From Leptospiraceae bacterium (GTDB lineage: Bacteria > Spirochaetota > Leptospiria > Leptospirales > Leptonemataceae): a stretch of DNA of 64,000 nt. Made by a program: the position numbers and the translations under genes. Positions 57,574 through 64,000 of this stretch are shown piece by piece; positions within the stretch are counted from its first letter, which is position 1; the number at the start of each line of letters is the position of its first letter. Location: NCBI GenBank assembly GCA_040217195.1, contig JAVJNR010000010.1:1-64000 (forward strand). The letters run 5' to 3'. The notes beneath the pieces are model-generated. The model had not been told where the DNA came from. It did no database searches and was given only the letters and a program-made list of their open reading frames with translations.

Positions 57574-57604
57574 CCGATAATCAGGAAAGACCCACAATCA
57601 GAGT
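57574..57604 (+). promoter_or_regulatory. Putative leaderless late promoter
   Basis: CCGAT-N14-CACAAT-N6-GTG. Confidence 0.72.
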
Positions 57605-58381
57605 GTGGCCGATCCCCGCCCAACAATTCTGACCGTTCATATTGCTCCGCCCGAGAATACGGTGAAGCTCTGGCTCCAGGGCAATTTGCCTCTGACCGGA
57701 CTTCGAACACGCAACGTAGATGCGCCTGTAATCAATGGCCACCCACTGTTTGTTGAAGGGATTTCTGAGTCCGGATTCGACCGCAATTTTCCCCGAGTTG
57801 GGGTGGAGTGGACCAGAGATATTCGAGAAGACTATATAGGGCACAATTTCCGCCGTTTTAAGCCTACCGATCGTTTTCGGGCCGCCCTTCATAACTACAC
57901 TTCCTCCCTTCCACGTGAATCCCGTGCAGCTCCGGAGGCTGCGGCAGAGGAACTCGGTGAAGCCGACATCGTCGAAACCTGGCTGCACATGGTTCAATCT
58001 GAAGTCATCATTGCTGGCTTCACATCCGGAGGTGCAGGGCGCCCTACTCTCCGCATACTCTATGAAACGGTCGAATCGCTGATGGCTCCGATGGCCCAGG
58101 ATATCATGGAGGCATTCCCCGGAGTCAAAGTTGATATCGATGAAACCCATGAGGTGAACATTACCTCGAACCAATTCGCAAGCCCCGTCTGGGGATTCGA
58201 GATTCCGATCAAACTCCGCCAACCGCGCAGAGTCTTCCGCAAAAAGCCAGCCCACCTCTTCCCCGATATTACGGGCTTTGATATACACATGGAAGATAGC
58301 CGCACGGTTTTCAAGACCCGAGGGCTATTCGACTTCGATGCTGGGTACAGCGTCGTTCAAGGAGAATCCAATGGCCAGTGA
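57605..58381 (+). CDS. Probable tail terminator/completion protein
   Basis: Directly upstream of the sheath; FPRVGV motif. Confidence 0.55.
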   Translation: MADPRPTILTVHIAPPENTVKLWLQGNLPLTGLRTRNVDAPVINGHPLFVEGISESGFDRNFPRVGVEWTRDIREDYIGHNFRRFKPTDRFRAALHNYTSSLPRESRAAPEAAAEELGEADIVETWLHMVQSEVIIAGFTSGGAGRPTLRILYETVESLMAPMAQDIMEAFPGVKVDIDETHEVNITSNQFASPVWGFEIPIKLRQPRRVFRKKPAHLFPDITGFDIHMEDSRTVFKTRGLFDFDAGYSVVQGESNGQ

Positions 58382-58592
58382 GCAGAAGGCGGAGCAGGCG
58401 CAGGACAAACCCAGGGAACCTGCGAAGCAAACAGCGAAGCGGCGCAAATACCCGCCCATGGAGCAATTCCTGACGGACCTTGAAAAGAAAAAAGGTCCGA
58501 TCCCGGCCAAAGTAAAGGAAGTATTCCGCGCCCGTTGCGGATCCCGCAAGGACTTCGAAGCCGTATGGGCCGAACTCTGGAGAGGTAAGTAA
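58371..58592 (+). CDS. Small hypothetical protein
   Basis: AAGGAG RBS; TAATG-coupled to the sheath gene. Confidence 0.65.
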   Translation: MASEQKAEQAQDKPREPAKQTAKRRKYPPMEQFLTDLEKKKGPIPAKVKEVFRARCGSRKDFEAVWAELWRGK

Positions 58593-60367
58593 TGCCAACA
58601 AGAACAGTAGAATTTTTAGGACGCGGATTCATTGTTCCAGGATCTTACTCCGCATTCCGCGCCAAACCACAGTCCGGCGGCATCTCTCCGGACTTCAATA
58701 CGCAAATACTGATCGGCGAAGCGAACAACGGTTGGAACGCCCTGGATACCAGCCTTCCCATGCTCAAGCGAGTGATGGAATTCACTTCCTTTGAGGAAGC
58801 CAAGCAGGTTCTGGTTTCCGGTCCGCTACTCGATGCCATCAAAGCTGCCTTCTCTCCTTCCAGGGATAGCAGATTCGCCGGTGGTCCGTTGCTTATTCGA
58901 GCACTGAATCTGGCGGTCAATACCAGGGCCTCCGCAAGTCTGGATAACACCGCTGCGTCCCAATACTCCGCTAAGTATGTTACTCCCGGTCCCCGGGGCA
59001 ATGAGTCTCGAATCAGGATCTCGGCTGCAGGCGATTCAGTAGAGGTCGGCGACTCCAATGGCATCCAATCTGCTACCGGCCTCGATGCCCAGGATATTAC
59101 AATCACATACAGCGGAGACGCTACCACAGCAGAGCTTTCCTTTGATGGATCCAACCTTACAACAACTCTCACCGGCCAGACCGATGGGACCGAAAACCTT
59201 GATATTCCGGTCGATAGCGTTCCAACCCTGGCCGACCTGGCCGTCCGCATCAATTCGATGGCCGGTTACAATGCCGTTGTCGATAGTTCACCGGATATTC
59301 TCACCAGAAACCTGGACCATGTAAGTGGAGTCGATGCCAAGGCCGGGGCAGTGATTAAGGCCCTGCTCTACCGGCAGGAACAGGTTCTATTCAATCTCGG
59401 AAACATTGAGCTGGAGGTTACCGGAGCCAGGGAGCCCCTGGCGGATACGGTAGGATTCATATACCTCTCTGGTGGAGCATCGACTGCAGCCCAGCCCACG
59501 GACTACACAGATGCAATCGATATGCTGGAGAAGGTTCGAGGCTTCTTCATCAACCTCTGTTCCACCAATCAAGGTGCCGGGGCTTATCTCACGGATTTCA
59601 TCATCAAGTCCAACGGACCGGAAGGAGCCGATGAACGGTTCGGAGGATTCGGAGCCGACCGTACCGACGATTTCACTACCCGGTGCGACAACGCAAAGCA
59701 GATCAACAGCGAATACATGGTCTACGGCCTTTCCCCGGTAACTGTTCGAGGGGCAGACGGTATCACCACAAAGACCTATGATGGATGGCTCCTGGCAGTA
59801 ATCCACAATGCAATCAAAGCATCCTCAAACATGCGGGAATCCGCCCTCTACAAGGATCTGAACATTGAAGATGCGCCGGAGATCCCTGGAACCGGGGACA
59901 TCCGCAGAGCCATCCGGTCTGGAGGCCTTGTTGTGGATCGCAAACCGAACAATGGTCCATTCAAGATCAAATCGGACGTCACCACCTATCAAGCAACAAA
60001 TCAGATCCTGAACAAAGCATCAACCACATGCACGGCCCTCGCCCTGAACAAGGACCTGCGAGAATCTCTTCAGGATGCCTTTCTCGGTGAAGTACCAACG
60101 GATCCGGATGCCTTCGGGACAACTCTCACGGATTCAGACATTCGCACTTTCATCGAGCTGAAATTCGACCAGGACTACGTCCGGAACTTCGGATGGCTAA
60201 CCCGTAACGTATATACCGGTCAGCCAGCGTGGAGGCGCGACTTCCTTATCAGGCGCGACGGCAACGCAATCTACTTCGAGTTCCCGGACGGGAAGCTCGT
60301 CACGTCGCTCGATTACATTTTCAGCCTGCTCAATCTGGACGTTGTCCGGGGGAGCGCGCAATCATAA
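58592..60367 (+). CDS. Tail sheath protein
   Basis: IVPGSY, ILIGEANNG...FTSFEEAKQVLVSGPLLDAI, LSGG, DVTTY; Twort/K-like. Confidence 0.9.
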   Translation: MPTRTVEFLGRGFIVPGSYSAFRAKPQSGGISPDFNTQILIGEANNGWNALDTSLPMLKRVMEFTSFEEAKQVLVSGPLLDAIKAAFSPSRDSRFAGGPLLIRALNLAVNTRASASLDNTAASQYSAKYVTPGPRGNESRIRISAAGDSVEVGDSNGIQSATGLDAQDITITYSGDATTAELSFDGSNLTTTLTGQTDGTENLDIPVDSVPTLADLAVRINSMAGYNAVVDSSPDILTRNLDHVSGVDAKAGAVIKALLYRQEQVLFNLGNIELEVTGAREPLADTVGFIYLSGGASTAAQPTDYTDAIDMLEKVRGFFINLCSTNQGAGAYLTDFIIKSNGPEGADERFGGFGADRTDDFTTRCDNAKQINSEYMVYGLSPVTVRGADGITTKTYDGWLLAVIHNAIKASSNMRESALYKDLNIEDAPEIPGTGDIRRAIRSGGLVVDRKPNNGPFKIKSDVTTYQATNQILNKASTTCTALALNKDLRESLQDAFLGEVPTDPDAFGTTLTDSDIRTFIELKFDQDYVRNFGWLTRNVYTGQPAWRRDFLIRRDGNAIYFEFPDGKLVTSLDYIFSLLNLDVVRGSAQS

Positions 60368-60395
60368 GGCCCTGTAGCCACTGGAGGAATAATAA

Positions 60396-60830
60396 ATGCC
60401 AGCACCCAAACTTGAAAATCCAGAGGTCCTCACTGGCTGTGATGTAACCATCAAGATGAACGGATCCCCGGTCGGTTTCGGGAAGAACGTCGACATCGAA
60501 GAGAACGTAAACCAGCAACCCGTGGAGGCCATCGGCTACTGGAAGCCACGGGGATTCAAATCGACCCGCTGGGATGGCACCCTGTCCATGGAATTTCACA
60601 TCCTGACCAAAAGGGGGACCGAGGGGGTAATACCGATCGATACCAGTTCCCCAACGGCCGCTTCCGCAGGCTTCTTCATGGAGTTCAACGAAAAGTCCAC
60701 GGGAAAGCGTGTGGCAACTGCAATCGGGCATATCAATACCAGGGGATTTAACATCTCCAACAATGAACTGTCTGGCCAGCGTTGCCAGTTCGTCCTCCGG
60801 GATATCGACTACAAGGAAGGCTATAACTAA
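60396..60830 (+). CDS. Tail tube protein
   Basis: 144 aa after the sheath; VLTG...NGSPVG...QPVEAIG...GTLS. Confidence 0.85.
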   Translation: MPAPKLENPEVLTGCDVTIKMNGSPVGFGKNVDIEENVNQQPVEAIGYWKPRGFKSTRWDGTLSMEFHILTKRGTEGVIPIDTSSPTAASAGFFMEFNEKSTGKRVATAIGHINTRGFNISNNELSGQRCQFVLRDIDYKEGYN

Positions 60831-61164
60831 TGCATCAGAACATTCTGAACCCAAAACGTGACTTCACTATCACCGTCCAGGGCTACACTCTGTTCGGGCT
60901 GATCCCGCTGCCCAAAGAAGAGTTGGCCATCGATCTTAATGTATCCCGAAGACTTGAGGGCCAGCCACTCCAGAGTATCCCGAACCAGACCTATCAATAC
61001 GTTTTGATGGCAGAAACCCTGAACGTTGCCATCCGAGAAAAACCGGAGGCACTGGCCAATCTAACCGACTGGATGGACTTTCCAGACCCGGAATTCGTGA
61101 CAGAGGCCTATGAGCAATACATCAAGAAGCAGTCCGAGTTCTATGCGGGGTTAAAAAAAAATAG
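60830..61164 (+). CDS. Tail assembly chaperone (G-like); as sequenced it reads on to 61444
   Basis: Follows the tube gene; protein-like up to the A9 run at 61153-61161. Confidence 0.65.
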
Positions 61165-61520
61165 TGGGGGAGGATCTACAGAAACACCTGTACAACCCGA
61201 ACGTAATGATGGACCTGTTCATCCTCAACCGGTACAAAACTCTCCCGTCCAGCCAGGGACTGGACAACCTGTATCCGGATCAGAAGTGGTTCCTGATCGC
61301 GGCGGAGTCCCTGCTGGGGGACATGTCCAGCATAACCAATCGAGCCCAGGCTTCCCTGCGTCTCCAAATGTTAGAGTCCCTCAAGGATCCCCTGGAAATC
61401 CTGCCGAAGGGCATGGCCAGCAGTATCTCCCGGGCGGGAATTGATCCCCTCCAGGAGGGCTTGAATAAGATAGAGCTGCAGAAGGAGGCCCTTCAGAAGC
61501 AGCTGAGGGGCGATGATTAG
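61161..61520 (+). CDS. Tail assembly chaperone frameshift extension (T-like)
   Basis: Frame opens at the A9 run; LPS...LYPDQKWFL resembles GT extensions. Confidence 0.6.
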   Translation: MVGEDLQKHLYNPNVMMDLFILNRYKTLPSSQGLDNLYPDQKWFLIAAESLLGDMSSITNRAQASLRLQMLESLKDPLEILPKGMASSISRAGIDPLQEGLNKIELQKEALQKQLRGDD

Positions 61521-61598
61521 TTTCAGTTGCTTGGTTTCAGAAGCCGGTAATGCTGTTTCATCAATCCAGACAAGCGCATGGATGAATGCCGAGATTGA

Positions 61599-62279
61599 TT
61601 AGGGATTAGAAATCCTCTCCAGATCCTTCGCGATTTCCTGCTGAGTGGAGTATTTGTCTGCGCGGATTCGATCGATTACATCAGTAACAGTCGCAGGCTC
61701 GTTTCTTTCCTTCTCATTCTCGGGATCACTCGCCTTGCCAGACGGCACACTTTCAAGGGACAAAATCTTGGCTTTCAGTATATGGGCATCTTCCTTGTTG
61801 ATTACCTCTATCTTGTCCAGGTCTACTTCAAGAACTTCTATCGTAGCTTGCAGGACCGAATCGTCATCCCTTGCGGCCCATTCCTCTAATCTCATCTGAA
61901 CAGACCGAGGTGTGCGTTCAGATGCAGAAAAACGATCTGGGAAGAAAGTACTATAGCTTGTTTCTGCTTCCACATACCAGCCGAAGGCATCATCGCACCT
62001 CAAAACCAACCCGCCGCTACCGGAATAATGGAAAGGATTTGCCTTAGTTGATTTGATTTGAATCCCCGGCCGGAGCAATTCAGAAAAGGCTTTATTGGCT
62101 TGCTTCGCGACCTCTGCTGCCCGTAATTTGAGCCCTTCGCCGGATAGATCGCGCTTCTCTTCCATGATCGGGGCAAGGACCGAACAAATTCGGTCTGTAG
62201 TCAGCACTTCTGGTCGCTGGGCCAGAATCGAGGATCCCGATACACAGAGTGCCAGAAAGACATTTGCTACAACTCGCAT
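61599..62279 (-). CDS. Hypothetical exported protein
   Basis: Signal peptide ending ILA-Q; GGAG RBS. Confidence 0.7.
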   Translation of the reverse strand: MRVVANVFLALCVSGSSILAQRPEVLTTDRICSVLAPIMEEKRDLSGEGLKLRAAEVAKQANKAFSELLRPGIQIKSTKANPFHYSGSGGLVLRCDDAFGWYVEAETSYSTFFPDRFSASERTPRSVQMRLEEWAARDDDSVLQATIEVLEVDLDKIEVINKEDAHILKAKILSLESVPSGKASDPENEKERNEPATVTDVIDRIRADKYSTQQEIAKDLERISNP

Positions 62280-62336
62280 GCGTTGATACTCTCCGGAATC
62301 CTTTGTATTTCAACCATTTTGTCATGCGCCAGACAA

Positions 62337-64000
62337 CTATCCCAGAAAATCTGCCAGACCATCACCCACGTCCTTGATAGTTTCCGTCAGCTTATCCATT
62401 CCTTTAATGGCACCATCTATGCTCTTAAACAGTGTTCCTTGAATTTCCTGAATCCCCTTAGCAATGGGTTCCAAATTGCCGTCCATCGACTCCATGATTT
62501 TCAGAAGTTGCTTTTGAGAGTCATGGGCGATCTGCATTGCTCTTTTGGCCGTATCACTCCTCTCATAGGCCATATCAGTTTCATTTTTCAGCTTCAAAGG
62601 ACTTAAACTATGGGTTTTAATGGAAGCGCTCCCTGCGGGCCGCCTCTTTGAAAAATCGACGTTCGCACCCTCCCCTACAGAGGTCGTGATCTGGGAGTTC
62701 CGCATCAACATGCCCCAGGAAAAATCATTTGCTGCGAAGTTACGCCGCTTGAAATTCTGAAGAATCTTCCGGTTTTGGTCATTACCGATACCCTGCTCAG
62801 CCTGCCGGTATGCTTCAAGGGGGTCCATTCCGGATGCCAGAAGCCTCGAGAGAACGAGGGAGCCCAAGGGTCCACCCTTATCTGCAGCTCGAACGGACTT
62901 GTCGACCGCCTTAGCAATTTCCAATCCTCTACTTGCTGTGCTTCCATTCCTCGACTGGGTGGAGGACATCTGGGCAGCCAGACCGAGGAAATTCTTCATC
63001 TCGGTCTTATCCATGGTGCCGTATCCCTGATCGCGCATCCCTTTGGTATGACCGGCAATCTCCTGGAGGTATTCTCCCTGGCGAAGGTTTTGTACATTAG
63101 CGGCCTTCATGTACCTCACGAACTCCATGGTCTTCATGTCCATGCCACCATAGCGAATCTTTCCCAAAGCGCTGGCTGCCTCCGAGGCTCCCATCCCCTG
63201 GGACGCTGCGAATTTCAGTATGTCATCATCACCGGTACCCTTATTGGAAACCTTGTATCCTCTTCGCATTCCCGATTGTTTCAGAAATTCAAGGTTGGCC
63301 ATACCTACTTCCGGATGGTTAAAAAGGCCTCCGCTATAATGAGTAAATCCTATCGCACGATAAGACTGCTGCTGGGACATCAATACATTGGAGTATTTCT
63401 CGCCCATGGCCGAAATGGCCTTCATCAAGGCACCGGCTATTGCGAAAACAATGCCAATATAAGGGGCCGCTTTCCCCATCCCGGACATGGTTCCGCCAGG
63501 ATTGCCCGGTCCCCCGGAACCTGTCCCAGAGCCACTGCCAGACCCGCTTCCGCCAAGCCCTCGGGCATTTCGAAAGACGGCGTTCTGAACAAATAACCGC
63601 TGGATGGGCTTGTTCTTCTTGTCGTTTTTTTCGCCAAAGAGGCGGCCGAACATACCGCCTCCGGCGTTCGCTGCACTCTGCAGGGCATCGGTGCCACCAC
63701 CGCCGCCTTCCGATTCCCCTCCCCTGTTGTCCTTGTCTTTGTCCCGGCGGAACATGTCCCGGGTACGCTTCAGCGCATCGATCTTGTCTTTTGCGGCATT
63801 GTAGAATCCACCTCTAAGGAACTCTTCTTCGCCGGACTGCGCCTGCTGGGCGGCCTGCTGTGCATTCTGATAGACTTCCCGCTTTTTTTGCTCTTGCCGC
63901 TTCTCCTCCATGCGGCGGCGCTGCACAGCGGCATAGGATTGAGGCCCTGCCTGGCCGGCGTCGACTGCCGTCTTAATGGGTTGACCGGCCTGCTTTCGGA
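62337..64000 (-). CDS. Probable tape measure protein, 5' end outside the window
   Basis: Frame open to the edge; Gly/Ala/Met-rich helical sequence with one hydrophobic segment. Confidence 0.65.
   Translation of the reverse strand, partial: RKQAGQPIKTAVDAGQAGPQSYAAVQRRRMEEKRQEQKKREVYQNAQQAAQQAQSGEEEFLRGGFYNAAKDKIDALKRTRDMFRRDKDKDNRGGESEGGGGGTDALQSAANAGGGMFGRLFGEKNDKKNKPIQRLFVQNAVFRNARGLGGSGSGSGSGTGSGGPGNPGGTMSGMGKAAPYIGIVFAIAGALMKAISAMGEKYSNVLMSQQQSYRAIGFTHYSGGLFNHPEVGMANLEFLKQSGMRRGYKVSNKGTGDDDILKFAASQGMGASEAASALGKIRYGGMDMKTMEFVRYMKAANVQNLRQGEYLQEIAGHTKGMRDQGYGTMDKTEMKNFLGLAAQMSSTQSRNGSTASRGLEIAKAVDKSVRAADKGGPLGSLVLSRLLASGMDPLEAYRQAEQGIGNDQNRKILQNFKRRNFAANDFSWGMLMRNSQITTSVGEGANVDFSKRRPAGSASIKTHSLSPLKLKNETDMAYERSDTAKRAMQIAHDSQKQLLKIMESMDGNLEPIAKGIQEIQGTLFKSIDGAIKGMDKLTETIKDVGDGLADFLG

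Larger units (their letters stand above)
9762..64000. mobile_element. Temperate myovirus-type prophage or phage-plasmid; extends past the right edge
   Basis: Terminase, capsid, protease, sheath, tube, baseplate J, endolysin, repressor and antirepressor; no integrase or portal seen. Confidence 0.95.

Noticed and set aside
14604..57604. CCGATA as an ordinary sigma28 -10 element
   Set aside because: No TAAA -35 where I checked; the fixed 26-nt distance and TAnnnT-like hexamers at -12..-7 fit leaderless starts better. Disfavoured, not excluded.
61165..61444. Pro/Gly/Gln-rich C-terminus of the 204-aa ORF as a real domain
   Set aside because: Looks like the shadow frame of the more protein-like 61161-61520 ORF.
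19216..63596. Long antisense ORFs (e.g. 19216-20016, 36634-37410, 53282-54046, 57581-58288, 62775-63596)
   Set aside because: They overlap well-supported genes on the opposite strand and show no motifs.

Overview
The window has two parts. (1) Bases 1-9,600 are heavy-metal cargo: the 3' part of a CusA/CzcA RND pump, a truncated saccharopine-dehydrogenase-like gene, a BASS/Acr3-superfamily transporter, an hvf-like RiPP cluster (EGKCG x6 precursor, DUF692/MNIO enzyme, DUF2063 partner) and a merR-merTP-merA operon. (2) Bases 9,760-64,000 are a temperate contractile-tailed phage or phage-plasmid. Its virion genes (capsid, protease, neck, sheath, tube, baseplate) resemble those of Herelleviridae, while its early region is lambdoid-like (cI/cro, antirepressor, RecT plus exonuclease, HTH replication protein, Dam and C5 methylases). 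No integrase or portal gene is in view. The most notable signal is a candidate capsid-cargo system. Three adjacent genes (a 2260-aa ParB/methylase/SNF2 DarB-like protein, a zeta-toxin-like kinase and a 483-aa protein) share four copies of a 24-aa module, RxxL(V/I)(R/K)KVITNxxGxxQTV(Y/W)VxP(D/E). Their domains, and those of a split LPD3-carrying MuF, are bracketed by hydrophobic-x-K-[A/S] sites like the one at the capsid protein N-terminus. Seven late genes also share an exact CCGAT-N26-start codon arrangement, suggesting leaderless late promoters. Other items: a -1 frameshift signal adding a Cys-rich domain to a tail protein, a nested two-frame C5 methylase, and a 239-bp diverged direct repeat enclosing 7 kb of the metal cargo. 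All assignments come from reading motifs by eye; no database searches were run.
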